Shown: positions 9,278 to 18,249 of the stretch, one piece after another
Numbering within the stretch: position 1 is the first letter of the stretch
Layout: each line of letters starts with the position of its first letter
NCBI GenBank assembly: GCA_030632725.1
Contig: DAOVUF010000001.1
Location: forward strand, 1-44,916
Direction of reading: 5' to 3'
Length of the DNA: 44,916 nucleotides
Source: Gammaproteobacteria bacterium
Lineage (GTDB): Bacteria; Pseudomonadota; Gammaproteobacteria; Beggiatoales; Beggiatoaceae
Made by a program: the position numbers and the translations under genes
The notes under the pieces: model-generated
The model's database searches: none
What the model was told of the DNA's origin: nothing
Seen by the model: the letters and a program-made list of their open reading frames with translations, nothing else

Positions 9278-9390
9278 CAATGCCATTAAGTTAAGGGCAG
9301 ACACACAGGTCTGCCCCTACAAAACATCGCGTATTCTGTGGTTGTAGGGGCGAACCTGCGTGTTCGCCCTGGCTTAACTTAATGGCATTG
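9278..9390. mobile_element. Family H MITE (TIR CAATGCCATTAAGTTAAG) with 11-bp target-site duplication ACGCAATACCT
   Basis: caatgccattaagttaag...cttaacttaatggcattg, flanked by acgcaatacct at 9267-9277 and 9391-9401. The interior holds two B-like hairpins. Confidence 0.9.
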
Positions 9391-9444
9391 ACGCAATACC
9401 TGCCGGGTTTATAAAAAAAACCTGGCAGGCGCAGGTCTAAGTAC

Positions 9445-9897
9445 TTATTTTTCGGCGATAACTTGGACAGTCACAAAAGCATCCACATCGGAATGTAAGT
9501 GAACTTCAACATCGTATTCACCCACCTGTCGTATAGGTCCATTGGGCAAACGAATTTCTTTTTTAGAAATTCCTATTCCTCCGTCATTAATCGCTTGTGC
9601 AATATCTGCTGCGCTCACTGAGCCAAACAATTTACCTTCAGCACCAACGACTTTGCCAGAAATTTCAACAATAATCTCTTGTAATTGAATGGCACGTTCT
9701 TTGGCTGATGTAAAGACATCTTTTTGTGTTTGTTCAAATTCGAGACGACGCTCTTTAAAATCAGCGATGTTTTCTGGAGTGGCTAATACCGCTTTTTTCT
9801 TTGGAATCAAGTAGTTACGAGCATAACCGCTTTTGACAACCTTTTTATCACCAAGATTGCCTAAGTGTTTTATTTTTTCAAGGAGAATGACTTCCAT
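9445..9897 (-). CDS. rplI: 50S ribosomal protein L9
   Basis: MEVILLEKIKHLGNLGDKKVVKSGYARNYLIPKKKA is the classic L9 N-terminus. 150 aa. Confidence 0.95.
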   Translation of the reverse strand: MEVILLEKIKHLGNLGDKKVVKSGYARNYLIPKKKAVLATPENIADFKERRLEFEQTQKDVFTSAKERAIQLQEIIVEISGKVVGAEGKLFGSVSAADIAQAINDGGIGISKKEIRLPNGPIRQVGEYDVEVHLHSDVDAFVTVQVIAEK

Positions 9898-9999
9898 TTT
9901 AATAACCTCAGTAAGGGTTATCCAGATATTCCAAAGAAGTTTTCAAGACGTTAGAGGTTTAAAAACGGGAATATGGGTAACTTTCAATGTATTCTATTC

Positions 10000-10146
10000 A
10001 AAAAACGAAAACCTCGAAAAACGAGGTTTAAGAAATCCGATTTTTGAAAAAAATCGGATTTCTAAGATTTCTAAGCTCGAAAGAGTTTTGATTCCCAAGT
10101 TTAAAGACTTGGTTTATTAACGCTATGTTTTCGAGGTTTTCGTTGT
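10000..10146. mobile_element. MITE-like insert in the rpsR-rplI spacer (TIR AACGAAAACCTCGAAAA) carrying a family F hairpin
   Basis: aaaaacgaaaacctcgaaaa at about 10001-10020 versus ttttcgaggttttcgtt at about 10127-10145. Internal agaaatccgatttttgaaaaaaatcggatttct at 10031-10063. Boundaries are approximate. Confidence 0.6.
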
Positions 10147-10153
10147 TCATTAT

Positions 10154-10393
10154 TCAATAATCATGTGCATCGGAATAAGGCAGTAAAGCCAAGTAACGAG
10201 CGCGTTTAATCGCTTTTGCTAATTGCCGCTGATATTTTGACTTCGTACCTGTAATACGACTTGGCACAATTTTACCTGTTTCCGTAACATAGCCTCTGAG
10301 GGTGTTCAGATCTTTGTAATCAATCTCCTTAACACCTTCGGCAGTAAATCGACAAAATTTTTTGCGACGTAAAAATCGTGATGTGTACATCAT
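10154..10393 (-). CDS. rpsR: 30S ribosomal protein S18
   Basis: [65 protein letters not shown] is colinear with E. coli S18. The start was moved to the ATG preceded by GAGG (10393 or 10390) rather than the track start at 10405. Confidence 0.93.
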   Translation of the reverse strand: MMYTSRFLRRKKFCRFTAEGVKEIDYKDLNTLRGYVTETGKIVPSRITGTKSKYQRQLAKAIKRARYLALLPYSDAHDY

Positions 10394-10484
10394 ATACAAC
10401 CTCATTAATAGTGAGTAGAAAAATGTTTGATTATGGGGCTCAAAGCTGTTGAACTCCTACGCTCAAAGCTAAAGCCCCTTTATC

Positions 10485-10874
10485 TTAACCAAAATCATTA
10501 TCTAACTTTTTCTCATCACCTTTGTCGCTCAATTTTTCTTCAGATGATTTGTCATCTTTGCTTTTAACCAAGGGTGAGGGTTCAGTAATTGCTCTTTTCT
10601 GCTCAAGAACCAAATAACGAATTACGGCATCATTAAAGCGAAATGCGTTAGTCAATTCGTTAAGGACTGCTGTGTCACACTCAATGTTCATTAAGATATA
10701 GTGTGCCTTGTGTATCTTGTTAATCGAATAGGCTAATTGGCGGCGTCCCCAATCTTCAAAGCGGTGAACAGAACCACTTTTGCCTTCTATCATTGTTCGA
10801 TAACGTTCAACCATTGCAGGTACTTGTTCGCTCTGATCAGGATGAACGAGAAATACAATTTCGTAGTGTCTCAT
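10485..10874 (-). CDS. rpsF: 30S ribosomal protein S6
   Basis: [25 protein letters not shown]... is the classic S6. It has an acidic C-terminal tail and SD AAGGAG. Confidence 0.95.
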   Translation of the reverse strand: MRHYEIVFLVHPDQSEQVPAMVERYRTMIEGKSGSVHRFEDWGRRQLAYSINKIHKAHYILMNIECDTAVLNELTNAFRFNDAVIRYLVLEQKRAITEPSPLVKSKDDKSSEEKLSDKGDEKKLDNDFG

Positions 10875-11282
10875 GGTGCTCCTTATGGATTAAACAGCTT
10901 TATGCTGCCATCAATGTCATAAAGCAAGGAGATAATGTTTGGACATCGATTAAGAATATGTTTTTGAGGCTAAAAGTTTTTATTCAAAAAAAATTAGCCT
11001 GAAAAAGGAAACAAAACAGTATAGTAAAAATCAAAACAGATAGCAATTTAATCTGAATTGAGAAGTTGGAAATGGGTTATAATTTTTTAAAAAAAAAGCA
11101 AGAATTGTTTTAAAAAACAATAAATTAAAGTCATTTTTTTGTTCAGATATTTTTAATGTTCATCATTATTATTTTAAGTTTTTGGTATAAAAATTTATTA
11201 TTCTTAATTAATTAAAGAAAAATTGGTGTTTGAGTTGATGATCAAGTTTGAGGTTGGCGAATTTGGAAATATTGAATTAATT

Positions 11283-11446
11283 GTAACTACTCAGGGCAAC
11301 CACAAGGAATTGCCCCTACATCAGAAGATTTTCCTCCGTCTTCATAAGAATATTGTAGTAGGGGCAATCCTTTATGGTTGCCTGAGTCTTCATAAGAATA
11401 TTGTTTGTTGTAGGGGCAATCCTTTATGGTTGCCCTGAGTAGTTAC
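11283..11446. mobile_element. Family B MITE with 8-bp target-site duplication AATTAATT
   Basis: gtaactactcagggcaacc...ggttgccctgagtagttac. aattaatt at 11275-11282 and 11447-11454. The track ORF 11223..11438 translates this element. Confidence 0.9.
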
Positions 11447-11468
11447 AATTAATTATAAAAACCAAAAA

Positions 11469-11505
11469 AAAAACCTCTGAGGTTTTGAAAACCTCAGAGG
11501 TTTTA
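11469..11505. repeat. Family E hairpin (AAAACCTCTGAGGTTTT G AAAACCTCAGAGGTTTT)
   Basis: Perfect 17-bp arms. Copies at 34152-34190 and 34264-34305, with a half copy overlapping the fic stop (about 35381-35400). Confidence 0.85.
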
Positions 11506-11521
11506 TTTGACTGAACTTTTT

Positions 11522-11727
11522 ATGAATGATGAATTAAATCAATCATTTAAAAAAATTTTTAGACAATAAATGTATCCTATCAAAATTTGGTTAATGTAGG
11601 GTGGGTAGGAACGAAGTGGCACCGTTGAAAAATGGTGGGTTTCGCTCTCGCTCTACCCACCCTACATAACTACATAACGATCACCAAATTTTAATAAGAT
11701 ACCAATAATTCATCATCATTCATCATT
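11522..11727. mobile_element. Heptamer-TIR element (TGAATGA repeats / TCATTCA repeats) with a family C element nested at 11596-11665
   Basis: atgaatgatgaattaaatcaatcatttaaaaaaatttttagacaataa ... aattcatcatcattcatcatt. The conserved core gaattaaatcaa.c.tttaaa...aaatttt(t)agaca recurs at 19258 and 29180. The element abuts the stop of the 1434-aa gene. Confidence 0.7.
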
Positions 11728-11729
11728 TT

Positions 11730-14700
11730 TCAGTCGTCATCACCAGTGACTTCACCAATCAGTTCCGCATGGACTAATTGACTTGTACCATTTATCACCA
11801 ATTCTGCCAATTCACCGAATTCTAAAACGTTGAAATAAGGTGTTGCAGATTCTTCATTGACAGGTGTCATAGTCAATTCAGGTGTGGCTTTCCAGCGGAA
11901 ACCTTCCGAATCAAAATGAATTGTTCCATCCATTTTGAACTCGAAATTCAAGCCCATACCTCCTGATGTAGCCAAAAGTACATTTTTGCGATCATACGCA
12001 GGGTGCATGACTTGCATGGTGCCGTCTTTATAAACCACTTTCGCCACTTCATTAACACCGGCTTTGCCTTCAATGGTAATACCTGGTGCCAAACCTTCAT
12101 CCGCTTGTTGGATCATTGGACTAAAGACGCAAGCGATTTTACGGGCATTATCACCTAGAATCTCTAGTTGCGTTTCACCATATTCATTGATCTCAACGCT
12201 ACCGCCGGCTGTCACTTCAAGCAAGAGTTCAGGTGCTTTAGGCATCGGCATAAACGTGACTTTGTAGCCGCTTGCGGTAATCAGTACATAACGACCTTCT
12301 GCATTCACACTTACCCCTGGCGCAGTGTCTTCTTCAACCGCTTCAATGCCGCCTTCTTCAGGAATAAAGGAAAATTCCAACCCTTGAAGACTACCAGAGC
12401 CTTGTACTATCAAAATACCCGTGTCTTTCTGCTCGAAAGCAAGTTCAGGATAACTCTCTGCCAACGTCTGATTCAATTCAGACAATACCGTTGTTTTGCT
12501 TGCTGACCAGTTTCCGCCTAAACTCAAATCTACCTCTAAATCAGGCAGTTCAGGTAAGGCAATTGTTGCGGACAACTTGACTTTTCTGTGCTTCTTAGGC
12601 AGTTTGATCTTCTTGCCCTTCTTGAATTTCAGCTTGCCCTTGACATTTACTTCAATGCCCAGATGTGCCAAAAACGTATTGATAACCGCAGGTTTAACCT
12701 CGTCAGCATTGATGTTTAAGACAATTTTGAGCATATCCTCAGTTGAGATTTTTTCCAATTCATCTCTACTGATATTTTCCAGAAGGTCAAACCCAATAGC
12801 GAAAATGACTTCGTTATCCAAGCCACCAATGTTATTGGCATTTATACCACCTTCAAGTACCTCTATTGACATTTCGTCAAAATGATCAATAGTTAGCCCA
12901 CTCAAGGCATCCGCGCTGAGACTGGCAAACTGTTCTTGAGTAAAGGCCGCAACAGCTTCTACACTCAGATGAACAATCTGTTCCGCTGTTAAGACAGCAA
13001 TCACATCGACATTCAGTTCAGCCACTTGTTCTTCACTAAAGCCAGCCATTGCTTCGGCAGGTAAAGAGGCGACTTGTTCAACCGTAAAATGGCTAAAGAC
13101 TACTGGGTTCAAGTGAACAATCTGTTCAGCTGTGATGTTCACAATGATTTCATGACTCAGTTGAGTCACCGCGTCGGCGGTGAGATCAATTTGTCCTGTT
13201 TCATCATCGAATGTCCAGCCTTCTGGAATAGTCGTTTCTATCTTTTCAACATGGCCACCTTGTTCGATTATAACCAGCGTGATGGTGATTTTACTGGCGG
13301 CGGGTTGTTTTTCAACAACATTAATTAACACCGTCTCGAAAGTCTTCACCTCGAAGTCAATAACAAACAGCTTTGCCAATACTTCTGGAGGTAGAATTTC
13401 TACTTTCTCTTGAGGAAGCAGTATTTCAAGAGAGACTTCGTCCTGGACAGCTAATATCTCACTGTCAATGGATCCAATCTGTTCGGCTGTCCAGAAACTC
13501 AAACTATTTGCGTCAAATAAGGCAAAGTTCTCGACAGTCAAAGAGGCAATCACTTCAGGAGATAACGCTTTAACGGCACTTTCTGTCAGTTCAAACTGAA
13601 TTGAGCCGTCGTCAAGTGTTATGACAGTCCAATCTATTGTTAGGAACAGCTCTAGGCGCGTTGCTTCAATCACATCCAGATAGTTTAAAACTATCCAAGC
13701 TGATACGTTGCTGTCGCCAGAAATCCATTCCAATATGGTTCCTTCAGCACTTAACACGATCTCTTCAACGACTTCAACATTAAGGGACATCAGAATGTCA
13801 AAGCCCATCGCTTCTAAAATCTCCAGTTTTAGGGCAAGAAACGCTTCTGCACTTAAACCAGATAGGGCTTCTGCACTGAAGTTTGACAGTTGTTCAAGCG
13901 TCAAACTTTCAAGAACACTGATATCAAGCACAGCGACTTGTTCCTTGGTAAGGCTACTGAGGGCAGCCAGAGGAATCTTAGCAAAATCTTCTGCGGTTAT
14001 TCCGGCAATGCTTTCAAGAGAGAGCTTGATGATAGCATTGGCATCCAATTCTGGAAAATCAATCTCAATGACGGTGATGTCATCATCGTCAAGTGTTGAT
14101 GGCGTGCCGGGGTCATCCTCAATGATGGTGATGTCATCCACTGGATCAGGCGATGTTTCCGTGGCGGTTTCATCTTCTATGGTTATGTCTATTCCCATTT
14201 GTTGGTTTGTTACCAACTCCATCAGGCCATCTATCGACAACTCGTTTGTCACCGTGAGAGGCATGAGACCATGCAGGATGACAATTTCATCCCTCTTTAA
14301 GGTTTCAAAGTCAATCCAGTAGATAAATGCCGGGGTCATGTACTTGTAGGCTTTTTTATCCACATCGAACTTGACTTCGACTCTGAACTCGTTGGTCTTC
14401 TTGTCTTCTTTGACCTTGACTTTGGCGTTAATGTAGCTGGGTAAGAACGCTTTGTAGAACTCTTTCAGTTCTTTTTCCAGTTCTTTTTTGAACTTCTTGT
14501 CATATTTACCGTACTTCTTCTCAAACGCGGCGATGAACTGTTCTTGGAAAAGGCGTTGATCCAGGTTGAGAAATATCTTTGCCTTAGTCTCATCGTCCAA
14601 ATCGACACTAAGTAGTCTCAACTGGTCAGCGAATAGAATAAATTCTTCGCCAGTCAAGCCTGCAAAAAAGTCAAGCGACAGTCCTTTAAGCCCGGTGATG

Positions 14701-16034
14701 TCCAAGGTGTCAATATTAATCTCATCACGATCTTCATCGTCGTCATCATCGTCGTCGTCGTCATCACCGTCATCATCATCATCGTCATCACGATCATCGT
14801 CGTCATCATCATCGTCATCACGATCATCATCGTCATCATCAATCAGACTGACAATCTCATCTTCTGTCCATTCTGCTTGAACGGTTTCAGGCATTGAGGT
14901 AAACAATGCGAGCACTTCGTTCTTTTTCAGACTTTCCAAGTCAAGCCACAAGATAAATGCCGGGGTCATGTATTTGTAGGCTTTTTTATCCACATCGAAT
15001 TTGACTTCGACTCTGATTTCCTTGGTCTTTTTGTCTTCTTTGACTTTGACTTTGGCTTTAATGTAGCTGGGTAAGAACGCCTTGTAATACTCTTTCAGTT
15101 CTTTTTCAAGGGCCTTTCCGTATTTCTTGGCACCATTTTTGCCAAATTTTCCCTCAAACAGGGTAATGAACTCTTGTTGGAATAGGTTCTGATCCAGGGA
15201 AAAAAATATCTTTGCCTTAGTCTCATCGTCCAAATCGACACTAAGTAGTCTCAACTGGTCAGCGAATAGAATAAATTCTTCGCCAGCCAAGTCTGCAATA
15301 AAATCAAGCGACAGTCCTTTAATCCCGGTGACATCTAACGTGGCGAAATCTAACATGGCTAAATCAAGCAGGGTCAAGCTCTTGATGTCTGCATCAGTTA
15401 CGCCTTTTGTCACGCTGTCGGGAAAGAGAGTAAACAGTTCTCTCACATCGCTTTCTTTCATACCCTCAAAATCAAGAAAGCTGAAAAACGCTTTGGGCAT
15501 GTAACTCAGGTGGAGCTTTTTGGCCTTTTTCTTATCCAGTTCAAACTTGACTTCGATTTTGAACGTTTTGGTCTTCTTGTCTTCTTTGACTTTGACCTTG
15601 GCTTTAATGTATTCCGGTAAGAACGCCTTGTAGAACTCTTTCAGTTCTTTTTCCAGTTCTTTTTCAAACTTCTTGTCATATTTACCGTATTTCTTCTCAA
15701 ACGCAGCGATGAACTGTTCTTGGAAAAGGCGTTGATCCAGGTTGAGAAATATCTTTGCTTTGTCCTCTTCGTCCAAATTGAGCGTTTTCAGTTGGTCAAT
15801 GAGGAGTACAAACTGCTCTCCTTTTAACGTCTGAAAAAAGCCGATTTCTAATTGAGCGATTGAGGTGACAGTCAATTCTGTTATTTGTACGTTTGTGAGG
15901 ATAACAGAAGAGGCGATATCGCCACCAGGTAGGCTCACGTCAGCTTGAGCAGTCAATGGGGTAATTGATGCACTTCCCATAGCTAACGTGAAAATGGCGG
16001 CTTGAATAGCCACAGTGAGTTTTTTCTTTTTCAA
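11730..16034 (-). CDS. 1434-aa secreted, highly acidic modular repeat protein (function unknown)
   Basis: Signal peptide MKKKKLTVAIQAAIFTLAMGSASITPLTAQA. Three ~230-aa Lys/Glu-rich modules (...LFADQLRLLSVDLDDETKAKIF...KAKVKVKEDKKTK...). A ~45-residue poly-Asp tract. A long series of L-[ST]-x-E-Q-[IV]-type short repeats. A ~330-aa non-repetitive C-terminal domain. I recognise no homologue. Confidence 0.85.
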   Translation of the reverse strand: MKKKKLTVAIQAAIFTLAMGSASITPLTAQADVSLPGGDIASSVILTNVQITELTVTSIAQLEIGFFQTLKGEQFVLLIDQLKTLNLDEEDKAKIFLNLDQRLFQEQFIAAFEKKYGKYDKKFEKELEKELKEFYKAFLPEYIKAKVKVKEDKKTKTFKIEVKFELDKKKAKKLHLSYMPKAFFSFLDFEGMKESDVRELFTLFPDSVTKGVTDADIKSLTLLDLAMLDFATLDVTGIKGLSLDFIADLAGEEFILFADQLRLLSVDLDDETKAKIFFSLDQNLFQQEFITLFEGKFGKNGAKKYGKALEKELKEYYKAFLPSYIKAKVKVKEDKKTKEIRVEVKFDVDKKAYKYMTPAFILWLDLESLKKNEVLALFTSMPETVQAEWTEDEIVSLIDDDDDDRDDDDDDDDDRDDDDDDDGDDDDDDDDDDEDRDEINIDTLDITGLKGLSLDFFAGLTGEEFILFADQLRLLSVDLDDETKAKIFLNLDQRLFQEQFIAAFEKKYGKYDKKFKKELEKELKEFYKAFLPSYINAKVKVKEDKKTNEFRVEVKFDVDKKAYKYMTPAFIYWIDFETLKRDEIVILHGLMPLTVTNELSIDGLMELVTNQQMGIDITIEDETATETSPDPVDDITIIEDDPGTPSTLDDDDITVIEIDFPELDANAIIKLSLESIAGITAEDFAKIPLAALSSLTKEQVAVLDISVLESLTLEQLSNFSAEALSGLSAEAFLALKLEILEAMGFDILMSLNVEVVEEIVLSAEGTILEWISGDSNVSAWIVLNYLDVIEATRLELFLTIDWTVITLDDGSIQFELTESAVKALSPEVIASLTVENFALFDANSLSFWTAEQIGSIDSEILAVQDEVSLEILLPQEKVEILPPEVLAKLFVIDFEVKTFETVLINVVEKQPAASKITITLVIIEQGGHVEKIETTIPEGWTFDDETGQIDLTADAVTQLSHEIIVNITAEQIVHLNPVVFSHFTVEQVASLPAEAMAGFSEEQVAELNVDVIAVLTAEQIVHLSVEAVAAFTQEQFASLSADALSGLTIDHFDEMSIEVLEGGINANNIGGLDNEVIFAIGFDLLENISRDELEKISTEDMLKIVLNINADEVKPAVINTFLAHLGIEVNVKGKLKFKKGKKIKLPKKHRKVKLSATIALPELPDLEVDLSLGGNWSASKTTVLSELNQTLAESYPELAFEQKDTGILIVQGSGSLQGLEFSFIPEEGGIEAVEEDTAPGVSVNAEGRYVLITASGYKVTFMPMPKAPELLLEVTAGGSVEINEYGETQLEILGDNARKIACVFSPMIQQADEGLAPGITIEGKAGVNEVAKVVYKDGTMQVMHPAYDRKNVLLATSGGMGLNFEFKMDGTIHFDSEGFRWKATPELTMTPVNEESATPYFNVLEFGELAELVINGTSQLVHAELIGEVTGDDD
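14722..14842 (-). repeat. GAT/GAC trinucleotide tract encoding the poly-Asp run (DDDDDDRDDDDDDDDDRDDDDDDDGDDDDDDDDDDEDRD)
   Basis: Direct reading. The antisense strand gives the spurious poly-Ser track ORF 14566..14880. Confidence 0.9.
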
Positions 16035-16119
16035 GGTAATACTCCTTTAAATTAAAGTTGTTGATGCGAATTAAGAGCTAAAATTGGAGTTCGAGAGTTT
16101 TAGTTTTTTGAAGAAAAAC

Positions 16120-16301
16120 GTTACTACGAAGGGCAACCACAAGGGATTGCCCCTACATAAGAATACTTTCGTCAGTTTTTGTAGGGGCAATCCTTTATGG
16201 TTGCCCTTCGTAGGGGCAATCCTTTATGGTTGCCCTTCGTAGGGGCAATCCTTTATGGTTGCCCTTCGTAGGGGCAATCCTTTATGGTTGCCCTGAGTTA
16301 C
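16120..16301. mobile_element. Family B MITE whose right arm is amplified to four tandem 29-nt units
   Basis: gttactacgaagggcaaccacaagggattgcccctac..., then gtaggggcaatcctttatggttgcccttc x4 (16181-16296, no spacers). Confidence 0.85.
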
Positions 16302-16321
16302 CAAAAAACGAAAACCTCGAA

Positions 16322-16412
16322 AACGCTTCAGCTTTGGGCTTTTTTTGCTTTGACAAAGCTAAAGCGTTGTACTCCAATGATGTACAAAGCTAAAGCGTTG
16401 TACTCCATGTAC
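16322..16412. repeat. Family A repeats (3 copies)
   Basis: aacgcttcagctttggg ... acaaagctaaagcgttgtactcc x2. Confidence 0.85.
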
Positions 16413-16787
16413 TCCATTTTTTAAATCCGCTTATTGATAAGCGTAGTGATATTTTTTTATAAAGTCAAGAAATAAATATCACTTTTGCCATGCCGATTTG
16501 TGATAAGCCTCTGAATATATTGCGAATACACAGATATGCAAAAAAAAATCCATTTTACTCTCGTTACTCTCATTTCTACGTTGGAAATGAGGGAAACGAG
16601 GTTTATGACAAGGCGTTTTTTTCTCTTTAAAAAACTTTAGTCTCAAATGTTGTTATTTTGTCAGCATGTTACAATAAAAAATATGATTTCTTAATGAGCT
16701 TAGAAATCCGATTTTTGAAAAAAAATCGCTTATAGTCATTGAATAATAATCTATCAAATTTTAGTATTTAAAGTCAAGTCGTCAAAA

Positions 16788-18149
16788 ATGCACATACATA
16801 TTTTAGGGATTTGTGGTACGTTCATGGCGGGGGTTGCTATCCTTGCTAAAGAAAATGGTTATGAGGTGACGGGTTCTGATACCGCCACTTATCCGCCTAT
16901 GAGTACGCAATTAGAGGCTTTAGGGATTGAATGTTATGCGGGCTATTCAGCGACGAATTTAAAGTCGCAACCCGATTGTGTGATTATTGGTAATGCTTTG
17001 TCACGCGGTAATCCAGAAGTTGAGGCTGTACTTGATCAAGGTTTGCCTTATATGTCGGGTCCGCAGTGGTTGGCAGAGCATATATTAGCTAAACGCTGGG
17101 TGTTGGCAGTGGCGGGAACACATGGTAAGACGACGACTTCTAGTTTGTTAGCTTGGATTTTAGAAGAGGCTGGCTTATCGCCTGGCTTTTTAATTGGTGG
17201 GGTGCCAGAAAATTTTGGTATCTCGGCGCGTTTGGGGGAAGAGCCATTTTTTGTGGTGGAAGCTGATGAGTATGATACGGCTTTTTTTGATAAGCGTTCC
17301 AAGTTTGTACATTATCGCCCTCGTACTCTCGTTTTGAATAATTTGGAATTTGATCATGCTGATATTTTTCCAGATTTAGCGGCTATTCAGCGACAGTTTC
17401 ATCATCTTGTACGCACAGTGCCGAGCAATGGTCTTATTATTCATAAAAATCAAGAAGTTGCAATTAATGAGGTGTTGGAACAGGGATGTTGGACACCGAG
17501 AGAAACGATTGGAAAGAGTCAGTGCGATTGGTATGCGAAGTCTTTAAGCCAAGATTATAGTCATTTTGAGATTTGGCATAAAAATAAGCCCTTATGTGGA
17601 ATCAAGTGGGATTTAATTGGACAATATAATGTTCATAATGCGTTGGCGGCGATTAGCAGTGCCCATCATGCAGGGGTTCCTATTGCTGTGGCGTGTGAGG
17701 CGTTGGAAACTTTTCAGAGTGTGAAGCGGCGTTTAGAGTTGCGTGATGTGGTGAATGGTATTAGTGTTTATGATGATTTTGCACATCATCCGACTGCCAT
17801 TGCTGCGACAATTGAGGCTTTACGACAACGAGTAGGAAAACAAAGGATTATTGCTGTACTTGAGCCACGTTCTAATACGATGCGTATGGGTATTCATAAA
17901 GATGAGCTGATGTCTGTTTTGAAGGGAGCAGATGTGGTGGCGTTATTTCAACCTGAAAATCTGGGTTGGTCACTTTCTGAGAAGGCGCAATCTTTGGAGA
18001 ATGCACGGGTATTTGATCAAGTCGAGGCTTTAATTGAGTATCTTGTTAGTCTTGCGCGGCGCGATGATCATATTTTAATTATGAGTAATGGTGGTTTTGA
18101 AAATATCCATTCTAGGTTAATAGATATTCTTCAACAAACTGAGAAGTAG
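16788..18149 (+). CDS. mpl: UDP-N-acetylmuramate:L-alanyl-gamma-D-glutamyl-meso-DAP ligase (murein peptide ligase)
   Basis: MHIHILGICGTFMAGVA... matches the E. coli Mpl N-terminus. Mur-ligase P-loop GTHGKTTTSS. 453 aa. Confidence 0.92.
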   Translation: MHIHILGICGTFMAGVAILAKENGYEVTGSDTATYPPMSTQLEALGIECYAGYSATNLKSQPDCVIIGNALSRGNPEVEAVLDQGLPYMSGPQWLAEHILAKRWVLAVAGTHGKTTTSSLLAWILEEAGLSPGFLIGGVPENFGISARLGEEPFFVVEADEYDTAFFDKRSKFVHYRPRTLVLNNLEFDHADIFPDLAAIQRQFHHLVRTVPSNGLIIHKNQEVAINEVLEQGCWTPRETIGKSQCDWYAKSLSQDYSHFEIWHKNKPLCGIKWDLIGQYNVHNALAAISSAHHAGVPIAVACEALETFQSVKRRLELRDVVNGISVYDDFAHHPTAIAATIEALRQRVGKQRIIAVLEPRSNTMRMGIHKDELMSVLKGADVVALFQPENLGWSLSEKAQSLENARVFDQVEALIEYLVSLARRDDHILIMSNGGFENIHSRLIDILQQTEK

Positions 18150-18164
18150 AACGAGTTTACGAAA

Positions 18165-18207
18165 TTTCGAGGCGAAAATTTTTTGAAGAAAAACTTTCGC
18201 CTCGAAA
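18165..18207. repeat. Family D hairpin directly after mpl (possible terminator)
   Basis: tttcgaggcgaaaattttttgaagaaaaactttcgcctcgaaa. Long perfect stem 16 nt after the mpl stop. Terminator function is an inference. Confidence 0.6.
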
Positions 18208-18249
18208 CGAATTTTTTAATGAGGATTAAGAGTTGAAATTGAAGTACAT

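Noticed and set aside
10394-10484. Missing priB between rpsF and rpsR as a possible deletion scar
   Set aside because: The gap is only ~90 nt with no gene remnant. Many bacteria naturally lack priB at this position, so this is not evidence of anything unusual.
12064-14880. Plus-strand track ORFs inside the 1434-aa gene (12064, 12168, 12496, 13074, 13180, 13373, 13708 [204 aa], 13890, 14566 poly-Ser) and the minus-strand 14654..14842
   Set aside because: These are antisense or out-of-frame shadows of a long, compositionally biased, repetitive CDS. They give low-complexity translations, have no SD, and are all nested within the far longer ORF.
16181-16296. Possible CRISPR array (4 x 29-nt palindromic units)
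   Set aside because: The units are contiguous with no spacers and are the amplified arm of a family B MITE.
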